Below are positions 1-12,069 of a stretch of 64,000 nucleotides of DNA, one piece after another (positions within the stretch are counted from its first letter, which is position 1; every line of letters begins with the position of its first letter). The translations under genes were made by a program, and so were the position numbers. The notes under the pieces were generated by a model that saw only the letters and a list, made by a program, of their open reading frames with translations, was not told where the DNA came from and ran no database searches. Source of the DNA: Octopus sinensis (lineage: Eukaryota); contig NW_021831286.1 in assembly GCF_006345805.1 (NCBI RefSeq), positions 1 to 64,000 on the forward strand, in the 5' to 3' direction.

Positions 1-410
1 CCTTTTAGGCCCTCTTGCAATAATATGAGTAATTGTTGGCTTAATTGCTATAAACTTTTTGACCACAAATAATTCAATACATACTCACCTGAAACTGAAT
101 ACATTTTGAGATCACTGCAGTAATTTTAATTTCAGTTCCTTTTCTCCTTCGGCGAAAAACTGTAACCGCTAGTTTTTGTATTTTATAAAAATTATCCCTT
201 CGTTTTCAAAAATTAACTGTTCTGATAATTTTCTTTATCTTTTTTTAGATTTTTCAAATCGATAGATAAAAAATCCCTGTAATTTAATTTTTTGATTTTA
301 GCAAGTCCATCTTTAGTAAGTTTAAGCAAAATTATTTCTGTAGTATATATTTGATCAATAATACCTATTATTTTTTTAAATTGGAAAACTTAAATAACGA
401 GAACAAATAC

Positions 411-1140
411 AAGGGGTAAAGGGGAATCAGGATTCGAGTTCTGAGAGGGAGCATGAGAATTGGCTGCCAGATCAGCAGGTGCGTAAATTATTCACTTTTG
501 GCATAAAGACATAGTGATCATGTATAGCGGATCCTGGCATTTGCCAGGAGATTGTAATGAAATAATTTTAAAGCTTTAATGCATGTAATTGGAGGACAAG
601 TCTGATGTCAGCTGCCTTCGGCAATTACTGTTTACTAAAGTTGCTACAGTTGAAAAGTTCGTAGTTGGATATCTGTGTGTTAGTATGTAATCGTGTGCTA
701 GTAGGCCTTTGCTATTGTTAGACTATGGCTTTACCTTCAGGTATCAAATGACCACAGATTATCAAAAATGACACTCTCTAAAAATTATGTAAATGCAAGC
801 CGATAATCAAGGAAATTACTACCTTACGCTGAAGACTTTTCAGACATGTTCTGAGAATGAACGAACTGATTCCTTGTAATTAAATCATGTAGGATTACTT
901 TTCTAATCACGGAATTGGATTTCGGAATTGATCAAAATGTACACTTTTTTTCTGCCTGAATGATTACGCAAGAATTGACGGCCAGCTCAAAACTGGTGAC
1001 GATCTTGAGGATATTCGTAAACGCGGGAGTAACAAGGCTAGATGGAAAGGACTGACTGAGAGGATAGTTAAGATTACGACTCAGGCGATACCTTAGGTAT
1101 TTACTTATAGGAACGCGGAAGTGGTATTAACTAACTTAAC
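411..1140 (+). pseudogene. Degenerate, heavily deleted rDNA relic (18S motifs, then possible 28S 5' motif)
   Basis: Ordered matches to conserved SSU motifs: GGGGAATCAGG..TTC.GAGAGGGAGC.TGAGAA, CAGCAGG.GCG.AAATTA, ATTGGAGG.CAAGTCTG.TG.CAGC.GCC, AAAGTTG.T.CAGTT.AAAAG.TCGTAGTTGGAT (411-670, strong). Weaker later matches: CGCAAG/GAATTGACGG (~967-980), GTAACAAGG (~1029) and an LSU-like TCAGGCG...AACTAAC (1081-1134). Confidence 0.7.
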
Positions 1141-2683
1141 TTACAGAATGTTGTTTTTAATATAACATCAAGTAAAAATGACTTCTATAGTTTTCTTAAT
1201 GCTCCAGTTAATTTTTCATCACAGGTCTGATCGATTAAAACCCCTGGCTAATTGTGATCCATAAATTTCATAAATAGTGAGTTGAAAAAAACATTCATTT
1301 TCTGGCTTAGGTGTGACTATAAACCACGCAAGACCATGTTAGTTTTTCTCACGTTGTAAGCAACGACTTTTGAGATGCTGTTGTTCCATAGATGCTATCG
1401 AAAGTTGGGGGCCTTCATCGCATTCAAAATCCTTTAAATATGATTCTTGAAGTAATATTCCAGTAACTTCTAGAACTCAGAACATTTTAGTGAAAATCAA
1501 TAAGCTTAGAGAAGCCATGTCAAGTCAATCAAAAATGTTGCACAGAATCCTCCACGAGATAAAGGAACAAAACTATAATTAGTTCAAAATGAAAATTATT
1601 TTTATAATGATAATTTAAATTTAAATTAATCTCGCCAAAGAACAAACTTATTCTTGTTGTGAGTTTTTTCTGAGTAAAATATAGTTTCTAGAATAATTTT
1701 TGGTGACAATGGAGCAATTTCTTAAACTTAAACGAAACAAAACTGAAAGTCCCATGGTAATATCCTACCAAAAGCGTCAATTTCCCAAACAACCATTCGT
1801 ACATACTCCTTCGTTCACCAACATAAAAACAACACCTGGCTTAATGGAAAAAGCCCAAAAATCAAATTTTCTAAGAAAAACACTTGTTAATTATTTCTAA
1901 AATAAAACCAGGAATCTCAAGGTCACCTCAAGTGGTCAATCTCGGACAAATCAGCACTTTTTTATAACAAAATTGACCAAAACCAAATTCATTGTTCGGC
2001 TCGGAAGTACTATAACATTCACTTTTTTAGAAATGTCATTCACCGAACATTTCAATTTGGCCAAAATGCTAACACGGAATCTACAGTACGCCTAACTACC
2101 TCCCATTTATAACTACTCTCCTGAATGCTGCCACCGAGCACGCCATCGATATAATATCCGTAGGCTTGGACGACATGTCATTGAGTACAAGCAATTTTAA
2201 GTTTTTTTAATTTTTTGATTTTTAGTTCACCTATTCCTGATTTCAGAAATAACTCTAATTTGGTTAATTGTTCATATAATCGCTTTACTTTATGACTTCC
2301 ACTCCTTTCGATGACAAAGTTGAAAAAAAAACCAAGAATTCTGAAAACCATGCTCTTAGGGGCTCTCGCGATTACACGGAGTAGTCTATTTTTACGTAAT
2401 ATAATTGATTAAGGTGTAATTCTTTTTTATAACTATCTTTTTAAAACAAATGGAAGCCATTTGGGTGAACAATAGTTCGATTTTTACCGGTTACCGAGCG
2501 CTACGGGTTACTGAATGCTCAAATTTAACATTTAAAGAATTTTTTATAAAAATTAAACCTAAATTTTTTTAGTTATTATATTTAAAATTAATAAATATAT
2601 AATTTCAATATTTTTAAAAGGCGCAGCATTTGATAATTTTTAAATAGATAATTTACCATGCGTATTCTATAAAGTTTTCTTGA

Positions 2684-3137
2684 TGTCTCGCTTTTTTGTC
2701 AAAACTGTACAAGAATATGATCATATAGTTAAAATATTGGAAGAGCAGGGGATCATTGGAATATCTAAACAAAAAAATACAGATTAACTCGAAAGTCCAA
2801 GAATTTTACTTTCATTACCGGGCGGCTATATCTTAAAGACTCACGTGGAAACCATAAAATAGTCATTTCTGCAGACAATCATGAGGAGATGCAATTAGTG
2901 GCTACGCAAATTCATCAAATGACTCATTGCGGACATAACACGTTGGAAGAGTTTTGTAATCAGAGATATTTTGTTGTTAAACGCAAAATCATCAGGAAAG
3001 TAGTATCGGAATGTGATATATGTCGATTTGCGACACCACTAAAAATAGTTGATCCTGAAAACCACATTATAGCCTCACAACCAAATGAGAGATTTCAGAT
3101 AGATCTGATTGATCTCGAATGTCCGACGGAACAATGA
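2684..3137 (+). mobile_element. Ginger-like integrase fragment (H2C2 zinc-binding domain and start of core)
   Basis: ORF 2889-3137 has HQMTHCG...CDIC followed by IIASQPNERFQIDLIDL, homologous to the integrase at 46954-47745; disrupted upstream. Confidence 0.7.
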
Positions 3138-3399
3138 AAAAAACCCACATGAAACGAATCAAAAAAATAAATAAAGATCACAAATAATTAAAATTTTAGT
3201 TATGATCCATAAAAAAAGTTTTTTCAATTTCTGTGTAACGTTATATGAAAATTTTGGAGCCTTAGTGCTTAAACGTATGAGGAATGAGGCTATAATGTGG
3301 AGTTGAATGCTGATTCCACTCCCCGTACAATGTCTTCAATGTAAAAACAAGCAGATATGATCTTAGGGGATCTCCTAGCACATCAGGCTGTAAAAGAAC

Positions 3400-4166
3400 A
3401 ATTTTTTTCAATAACAAGCGAAATTGTAAAGTAATAAAAGAGATCTACTAGATGGGCAATCTTAGAGGTTTTTGGAATGCAAGTCTGAATAATTCGATCC
3501 CTCTTGACGCTGTTAAAAGCGTTTTTGAAACCGAATCTGACACCGACCAGAGTAAAAACATGAGTTGAGTTGCAGAATTTACAAGCTACTTGTATTGGGT
3601 CCTGCAGTTTTCCCATGTTCAGAGCGAATTCATCACATTGTCACTAGGCTTTTTATCAAAGGAAAATGTTTGCAGAGAAAAAAATTACTGGCCAAGGGAG
3701 TGATGTCTCCTGTCCAATTTCGGCTGACCAGACTAGTAATGGCCGAAAAAAGAGATGAAATTATATTGAAACTTATCTTCATTTCTAATTCTACCAGAGA
3801 TTGGGCTTTGGTCTTGTTCTGCATCGTGAGTTTTGCCACCGGAAAAGGCATTCCTTTACAAACGAATCTCTCCACAATGAAACTAGGAGAGATTGAACAG
3901 GATACCAGGTTGAGCAGGTCTACCAAAGCATTTTCTGTTACCCAGTAAGGCAGGTTTAGTATTACTAGTTTTTAGTTCCGCGGTGTCAAGTATTCAATTG
4001 AGTGTCCATAAAGACTTAAAAGAAGATTCCGCTCCCAATCATAAATAAAATCGTTTATATCATCTGCATTCTTAAGTAGAAGTTCGTAAAGATTCATTAT
4101 GGTGTTGCGAAGTCCGGGCCCTCGGGCGGTTGGAGATTTACAAATTACATTTGCGACTTGGATCAA
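3400..4166 (-). mobile_element. Degenerate reverse-transcriptase remnant, possibly CRE-like
   Basis: Minus-strand pieces FKNAFNSVKRDRII and KSPTARGPGLRN resemble RT motifs; many disruptions. Confidence 0.4.
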
Positions 4167-5051
4167 ATCAATTGTAGCGTTAGTCGAACATACAAGAATA
4201 GTTAGTAGAATATTCTAACCCCAACAAACTTCTAACAACAACGTGATTCATACAAAATGGCGCATGCTTTTGAAATTGTTAAGATCGCTGACTTTGCTGA
4301 AACCTTTACCTTTAAATGGCTCCGCTCTAGCCACGTGGCAAAAGCAAAGAAAAAACAAGACTCCTAAATATCAAAAATTCACAATTCAAAACACATTGGA
4401 TTCGTATTTGACCATTTATTCTTTCACGTTTTTCGTTTTTTTGTTACGCTTGACTCTTCTTTTAAAACACTTTAATCCGATCGATTAAATTGGAGGGAGT
4501 TAAATTGATAATTATATATTTTAGTGGTACACTATAATAAGCGCATGCCATCAAATCTGGTTCCAACATTAAGATTCGATTCAAAGATGACACTCCTCTC
4601 CAATATATTTTCACTGCAAAAAAGATGCATTCATTTAGAGCATAAATCAGATTGTAAACTATTGATTAGTGTCAATACTAGACATAATTGAAATCATATT
4701 TACAATATTTCGCAAAATAAATTAAAACTAATCGGCAGTTAAAATAAATTATAGTGATTTACAGTAATTAATATGCTAAAATCATACTGAACTATCACGT
4801 GTTAATGACCTAGTCAACAACAATATATTGGATGAAGGTAACTTTGCTTTTCCAAATATAGACTTGCTTGCTAAAAGTAAAAAACCAGGTAGACCCCAAT
4901 CATCAAATAAATCTGAAAATCGAAACAGTTCAGCAAAGTACTTTTTTTAGATACTTTATTGCTCAGTATTTAAAAAAAGAGAAAACATGCAGATCATGAA
5001 AAACAAAGACGAAAAAAAGAAAATGAAGACATCGAAGAATTAAAAGCGCTG

Positions 5052-5840
5052 ATGAATATTCCATCTAAGCCAAGATTCAAGAATCGTGAAATGACCAATC
5101 TATGTGAGGAATTCAATATCAAACGAATTCACGGAAGGCCAAACAATCCCCGCTCACAAGGGATTGTCGAACGCTTCAACCAGTCAATTACAAGAAAAAT
5201 GGCAAAAATGATCGACAATGATAATAAAAAGTGGCTGGAAAAATTAGAAAATGCAATGTACAATTATAACATTTCTGTCCACTCATCTTCTAATGAGAGC
5301 CCTTTTGAAAGATACCGGGGAATAAGTGGAATGAATACAATATTTTATGGTTGTAATTATAAAATTATTCCTTAGATAATTCAGGTAATGATTTGTTGAG
5401 TTCTGATCAAGTCGATGATGCAAACAATTGTCTGAGTCCAATTGAAAATTCATGTAATTTGAATTTCTATATGTAGATGATTGTAATTATTCGTTTACAA
5501 GTCCGAAAAGATTTCAGTTCGAAATTAACCCCATTGATCCTAATTCTAATTATTACAAAGCGATGAACAGAAAAATGAATGTTCACAATAGTAAGTATGA
5601 ATTTAGTGTTGGTGATAAAGTATGCATAAAAATTAATGTTTAGGTTCGAGTTAAAAAAGACTTTGGAACAAATACTTCGTTGCGACTGGATAAGTTTGAA
5701 TCTCCATATTATCCATCTGCAGAAATTATCAGTATTTTATCAAACAATCGCGTTGAGGTAGTTTAAACATTTAAATTTAATAGATAAAAAATTCAATGAG
5801 CGAAATTTCGATTGTGCCAATGTCCAGACTTAAAAAATAA
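5052..5840 (+). mobile_element. Ginger-like integrase, core and C-terminus, with three micro-introns
   Basis: IKRIHGRPNNPRSQGIVERFNQSI core. Introns at 5350-5375 (26 nt), 5620-5643 (24 nt) and 5758-5783 (26 nt); the spliced C-terminus aligns with the intronless paralog at 46349-46600. Stop at 5838-5840. Confidence 0.75.
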
Positions 5841-5884
5841 TTAACAAGTTATTATTCTTTGAAGTTTAATATTAATTACAATAT

Positions 5885-6288
5885 CTAACGACCTTCCCAT
5901 TTGAAAATGGCAAGTCTCTCATCTGGGACGCCACTTGCACGGATACCTTCTCCGCCGGGAACATCTTGACGTCGGCTTCAGAGCCGGGCTCCGCAGCCAA
6001 CCTGCCCGAAACGCTAAAAATCAAGAAATACAGTACATTATCTCACCGCCATATCTTTGCCCCGATCGCAGTGGAGACATCGGGAGTCCTCGACCCCAGA
6101 ACTAAAAAATTTCTTATTAAACTGGGGGATTTGGCAAGCAGAAGAAGAAATGATCATCGGGAACGGACATGGCTTTTCCAACGCATATCAATAGCCATCT
6201 TGCGTGGGAATTGCCATTCCATCCTATCCTCTGCTGCTAATTAAATATACATATAATTGTGCTTTAAATTGAGTAATCTGTCAAAAAA
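5885..6288 (+). mobile_element. 5'-truncated CRE-like non-LTR retrotransposon (RLE C-terminus)
   Basis: FPFENGKSLIWDATCTDTF...AVETSG...RERTWLFQRISIAILRGN; A8 tail; 11-bp TSD AATTACAATAT at 5874-5884 and 6289-6299; nearly identical to 28823-29535. Confidence 0.9.
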
Positions 6289-6425
6289 AATTACAATATT
6301 GACATTAAGTTAAGCTTCAAGGTCACGTCAGGTATCACGCGGCCCATAGGTGTCACGCAAACCATGTCACATAATATAATTTCATAGTGCACGTTTCTTC
6401 GGTTTTTGTTGACTGCTTTTTTACA

Positions 6426-7900
6426 ATGCCTAAAAACAGGAGTTCCAACACTAAGCGAATTTCTTCTATTGTTAAAAAATATCCTAAGGAGTTTTCATCT
6501 TCACTGGATGGAAAATTATTCTGCAAATTATGTAATTCTTACGTAACTACTAATAAGGAATGGTTTATTGATAAGCACAGACATTCTAAAAAGCATATTC
6601 TGAGAATCCCAGATACGAATAATACTTTGGATACTCATAGTAAAAATGAGGTTACTGCTGATTGTTTTGCCGTGGATCTTGCAAATGCATTTTTATCAGC
6701 AAATATTCCACTTCATAAGTTACGAAATACATCGATTATTGATTTTTTAATAAATATGGACATTATGTTCCTTCGGAAACCAAATGCAGAGACATTGTTA
6801 CATTTCTTGGTGAAAGGATGGTTTCACAAATTATTAACACAGTTTCAAGTGAATAAATTGTTTTAATGATTGACGAAAGTGATTTTGGAATTGTCTTGTT
6901 GGAACGTTAAAAAATCCACAAGAATATTTTTTAATTGATTGTATTGCAATTAATATAGCTCCCAATTCCGCGATTATATGTCAAATTATTGATGACGTCA
7001 TTCGCAAACTCAATGTTGATAGGAAAAATTTTTATTTACTTATTTCTGATGCTGCTTCATATATGGTTTCTTCTGGAAAAGTATTATAGCAATTATATTC
7101 AAATCTATTCCATGTCACTTGTGTGCCGCATTTATTACATAATTGTGCCTTCAGAATAAATCACATTATCCAGAGGTAGATAAATTAATATCGTGCGTCA
7201 AAGCACTTGTTGTCAAAAATAATTCACGACGTCAATTATTTACAGAAATTGATATCCACCCGAGCCCATTGTAACTAGATTGGGCTGTTGGTTAAATGAT
7301 GCTGACTATTATGCAAAAAATTTAACACAAATCATCAATATTTGTAATGGTATAGAAGAGGAATCTTTATTGATACAAAGAGCAAAGTAATCCGTTATGA
7401 ATGAATTTCTTCATATGAATTTAGAAGACATAAGCCGGGAATATCATTTATTAACAGATATTTTAATGGAAATTGAATCTAATAAATTCACTATTTCAAG
7501 AGCGTATCATTTTTTGAAAAATGTTGATTTTAAAGAAGATTCCTGCAAAATTCGAGACTATATAAGCTTACGAATTTCAAGAAACGACATTTTCAAAATA
7601 ATGGAGTTATCTAAGCTACCAATTACTCCATTTCACCACGCATTATTATTGGATTGCCCGGCAACATCGTGTGAAATAGAAAGATCATTTTCTATTCTTC
7701 ACAAAATTTTAACCAAAGATAGAAATTTCCTACCTGAAAATGTTAAATATTATTTAATGTTGTGCTTTAATAAATAAATTTCTGTTTCTTAGGGCAACTT
7801 TTTATGCATATTATGTCAACTTTTTTATTTTTTAAAGCAATTTAGTTGACTTTTAAGGTCAATTTTTTACATTTTTAAGAGCAACTTTCCGGTTGCCCTA
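6426..7900 (+). mobile_element. hAT-like transposon, disrupted transposase with right terminus
   Basis: N-terminal zinc finger (FCKLC...HRHSKKH), C-terminal PATSCEIERSFS dimerisation motif, terminus ...CCGGTTGCCCTA at 7889-7900; left TIR not found. Confidence 0.75.
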
Positions 7901-8081
7901 CTTATAAGTTAGATTGTTCTAAAACACGCTTCGGCAAAACGCGGCCCGCCAAGAAATTTTTCCAACTAACATGGCCCGCGGGCAAATTAATATTTATATA
8001 TAAATTTTATCTATTATTAAAAATTAAATAAATTTCTAAACGTGTTATAATTCTTTGTGGTAAATTTTATATGACGCTCAA

Positions 8082-8440
8082 GTGAAAATAATTCTACTGG
8101 TTTTGACTTGGGACGGGCTCGTTTCCAAGTTTTTTAAGAATTACATTGAAATCTTGGCTATCGAAGACGGAATTCAGTCTTATATACAGTCAATTGTGTT
8201 GAATAAAACCTTGGAGAGTATGATTGTCGAGTACAGGCACGGGATAAGAGTCACTGAAGAGGAGATAAATTCAGCCAGTAGCCTCTTAATTGAGGCAAGT
8301 CATTCGTACGAAGATGATATGTTGAATGAGTGAAAAAGAGTCGTAACTAACTTGGAGATAGAGGAGCATGGAGATTTGTTAGTTACTTCCTCTTCTAAAA
8401 AAAGGAGATTAACCTCCAGCGGACAACGGTCAGATTAACA
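8082..8440 (+). mobile_element. 3' tail of an RLE-type non-LTR retrotransposon (TWDG...YIQSIVL family)
   Basis: VLTWDGLVSKFFKNY...YIQSIVLNKTLES is homologous to 24470-24760 and 63560-64000, the latter showing the endonuclease motif. Confidence 0.65.
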
Positions 8441-8575
8441 TAAGTTAAATAATATTAACTTAATTAATCTATGTATGTTTTAAATTTTATTAAAATAATA
8501 CTAAATTTAGTTAAAATATGCAAGCGTTCCATGAATTTTTTGCCCTACTGTTTTTACAGATAAAATCAAAAATAA

Positions 8576-9443
8576 TTATATAAATTTATAAACAAAGTCT
8601 ACTCTCATAAAAACAGCAGGAAATTTATTCCCCTTATTTGAACTGACTTTCTTAGCCTCCTCACTCGAATCAAAAATACAAGAATACGCCTCATCGTTAG
8701 CCTTACAGTAAACAAATATCCACCAACCAATTCTTCTTCCCATCTTTCTGAATAAATGATGATGATAACAGATCATTCATCCACTGGTAGAGTTCTTCGA
8801 CATCCGTGATAGTATAAAGAATTCCCTACCACTAAATAACCCATATCTAACCCCCACAGCCATAAGATAGGCCAGTTCGTCCACTGTACTAGAATTAACC
8901 AGTCTCCATTTATGCTTTGATTTTTTAAACTGAGGGTCTGGAAAGAGGATGAAAACTCGCTCCAACTAAATTAATAGATTTTTATACCCAAAACCTGGCC
9001 TTTTGAAAAATAGTTAACTAGATATTTCATGGCATTGGTTCTTATGCAGGCAATGTTTGACAATTCTCCTTCCTCTGCTTTCTGGACCCTCAGTGCTTCT
9101 ATTTTCTGTCTGACAAAATTTGAAACTTTTTTGCGTATTTCCATTCCGATTATTAATTTATCGGGAAAAATATTTGAGAGTTTAACTATTGATTATTTAT
9201 AAATATATTTATTACAGAGAAGGCCTCCAAAACCACAGCCTATGTCTACTATTTTGATTGAACTGCTCTCATTACAAGGTAGAGAGAGAGAACTGTATAG
9301 TGGTCTCCAATTCCATTCTGATGGTCTTATCGGACTATTTTAAGTTAAATGGGTAAAGTACATTTCAAAGTTGTCGTCCGACATTGGATTGCAGTGAGCC
9401 CTCTGACGGAAAAATTTTTTTGAGGAAGTTTAACGTGGACCAT
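8576..9443 (-). CDS. METTL1: tRNA (guanine-N7)-methyltransferase (Trm8/METTL1), six exons
   Basis: Spliced: [20 protein letters not shown]...[11 protein letters not shown]...IIGMEIR...RTNAMKYL...[15 protein letters not shown]...TITDVEEL...SSEEAKKV. Introns 9335-9361 (27), 9186-9215 (30), 8966-8994 (29), 8826-8851 (26), and 8702-8723 or 8702-8727 (22 or 26). Confidence 0.93.
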
Positions 9444-9539
9444 CACTAAATAAAATTAAAATATTTTAACAATTAATTTAAAGAAAATAATATTTTGGTT
9501 TAAATTAACCAATTAACCAAGAATTAGAATAGAATAGAC

Positions 9540-10345
9540 TGCCTATCGGGGTTTGTGGAACTTAGAAGGGGAGTCCCGCAGGGTTCTATCTTGAGTCCAC
9601 TTCTGTTCAACCTCTTCTTGGCGGACATTCCTCTGCCGTCGATACGTACTGGCAAGCTCGTCATCTATGCTGACGATATCCTGGTCATGGATACCTCGAA
9701 AAGGATATCGCAGTCTTGGAGACGACTTAAATCATACATTGCAACGCTAAAGATGTGAACTATAGAGAAGGGTTTGATCCTAGCACCGGAGAAGAGCACC
9801 ATTTCATGGTTGCGGAGAGGGAGTCGCTATGCGGAGTCGTGTGCATATGCCATGAGTAGTTATGTGATGGATCTCTCAAAAAGCAAAAATCTTTCTTACC
9901 TGGGAGCAACCATCAACTGTCGTAGCTTGTACGCAGATCATATAGCAAATCAGAGAAAGAGGAGTGTGAGGATCCTCAAAAGCTTAACCAGGTTCCATCT
10001 AGATCCGGAAACGTACATCTACGTATACAAAACGTGTGTCCAGCCAGTCCTCACATATGGCTACGAGGGCTGGTACGGTACGGAAAGAGTGACTACCTGA
10101 TCGAACAGTTGGAAAAGACAAGACGTTTCGCTATAAAATTGGCTTACGGAGTACAACTTGACGGAAGGTTAAAAGACTCACAAGAATCCTCTGTGTCCAC
10201 GATCCGGATGGTCTTGGAGAATTGTTGTCAACTATGACTACAATTGGGGATACGCATGGAAAGAGACACTTCGGTGCCTTGTTTTTATCTCCCCGTTAAT
10301 GATTTCTTCCTTGTTTTTCTTTTCGGTCAATAAATACTATTCTAA
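9540..10345 (+). mobile_element. 5'-truncated Jockey/I-like LINE (RT C-terminal half and 3' UTR)
   Basis: RGVPQGSILSPLLFN...YADD; homologous to 21130-22433; 3' UTR CTTCGGTGCCTTGTTTTTATCTC shared with 15620-15775. Confidence 0.85.
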
Positions 10346-10365
10346 ATTAATTTTCTAATTTTCCA

Positions 10366-12060
10366 ATGATCGGCTATATTTTCAAAGTAATTAAATATTC
10401 TAACAAATATTGTTCAAAAAAACATGGATTGATTGAAAAAGACCTCACTGAGATAGACTTGTTCTACTCTTGCCTGTCTGAATCTTATTCTGAACTTGTT
10501 TACTCGTCAATAACTATCATTGCCTGCGACATTAACGCCAAATTGGGATTACGAAGAAGCCTGGGTAAAACCTTCATGGGAAAACACGGGAGGGGAATAA
10601 GGAACGTGGCAGGAATATTACTCGCCGATTTTTGTCAGGTAAATTTTGCCGATTTTTGTCGGTCTATTCTTTTGCAACACTGCATTCATGCACCCCGCAA
10701 GACACAAAACTACTTGGATAAATGACAAAAATTGAAGACGAATTGCAGATTCCGCAGAATTAGCAGAACTAATCGCCGGCCACTTCGAGAAACTGTTTAG
10801 ATTTAACAGCAAAGGAATTGATGGATATACCGAGCATCCCAGGAAATTGGAGTTGGAAATAACTCCTGCAGAAGTGCAAAGAGCATGTGCTAAACTCAAA
10901 AACAATAAAAGCCCAGGACCAGACGGACTAGGACCAGAGCTACTCAAGTATGGAAGTGAAAAACTAAATGTCCTCATTGCGGACCTCTTCGACGGAATGT
11001 TTAAAACAAACAACCATTTACCTCTTGGACAAGGGATACTGGTCTCTGTCCAAAAACCAAACAAAGCTAAGGGAAAAGTGGAGAATCTGAGGCCAGTAAT
11101 TCTTATGAATAGCATACGGAAAGTTCTTGCAATCATTACGCTAGAAAGAATAAAACCTCGCACCGAACTATTTATATCCGCTTTCACAGCGGATTTCGGG
11201 AAGAAAGATCGACTTCTGACATCGTGTGGACTTATAGATGGCATTGTTCCACCATTCAAAGGTTTAAAAATGCGACATACATTCTCGGCATATATATCTC
11301 AAGAGCTTTTGACTCGATTAATCGTCAGAAATTAATGAAAGTTCTTTGCAGGATTTCTTGATGAATCTTCTATTCTGATGATCAGGGCACTCTTATCAGA
11401 AACCTATCTATCGGTCAGGGTACGAGACAAGTGCTCTAAACCATTTGAAACAACATCTGGAACACCTCAAGGGGATCCGTTATCTCCTATACTGTTTGTT
11501 ATATATCTGGAAGCTGCATTGAGAGAACTAAAACCATACTATGAAAGAAAGATCAATTTGGTGGAATACGCAGATGACGTGGATTTTATTTCTTCCGACA
11601 GGGACCCTCTGGAAAGCCTACTGGAGGTGATGCTAGATAGACTTGCTGAGTGGTTCCTCAATGTAAATGTGGAAAAAAAAAAATTTACTGAACTAGCAAG
11701 ACAGAAGTCTAAGCTGGACAAACATTGGAGAAAAGTAAAGAAACTCGGATCTCTATTGGGTGACGAACAATACGTGATTATGCGAAAAACACATGCAAAC
11801 AGTGCACTACGCAGCTTAAAGGAAAATTGGCTAAAACGCAAAGGACTCGGCACAAAAACACGGATACGACTATACAATTCATTAGTGAAGCCTATACTCT
11901 TATAACGCCGGAACTTGGGGACTTTCCGCTACAGACAATGAAAACCTAGACTCTTTCCATAGAGATCACCTCCGACGTACTCTAGCCTTTAAGTGGCATT
12001 CAAGGCTGAGTAGCAGAACACTATATGCCAGAACATCAAGCAAACCAATCTTGGTCGAAA
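10366..12060 (+). mobile_element. RTE-like LINE (APE remnant and RT), disrupted
   Basis: IIACDINAKLG (APE), KNNKSPGPDG, KPNK..GKVENLRPVIL, GTPQGDPLSP, YADD, LYNSLVKPILLYNAGTW. Confidence 0.85.
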
Positions 12061-12069
12061 TTATCGAAT

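Noticed and set aside
1900-2520. Short repeated CCGAAC/CCGAGC motifs suggesting a transposon end
   Set aside because: No matching inverted terminus or TSD identified.
7925-7990. GCGGCCC-rich hAT-like terminal sequence
   Set aside because: No partner TIR, TSD or coding remnant found, so it cannot be delimited as an element.
8521-8541. U6 snRNA 3'-like AAGCGTTCCAT followed by a T-run
   Set aside because: Only 11 nt match; the upstream ACAGAGA box and the rest of U6 are absent.
10618-11259. Long antisense ORFs over retroelements and genes (also 24915-25208, 43011-43457, 46407-46736, 53490-53894)
   Set aside because: They are shadows of real coding frames on the opposite strand and have no domain features.
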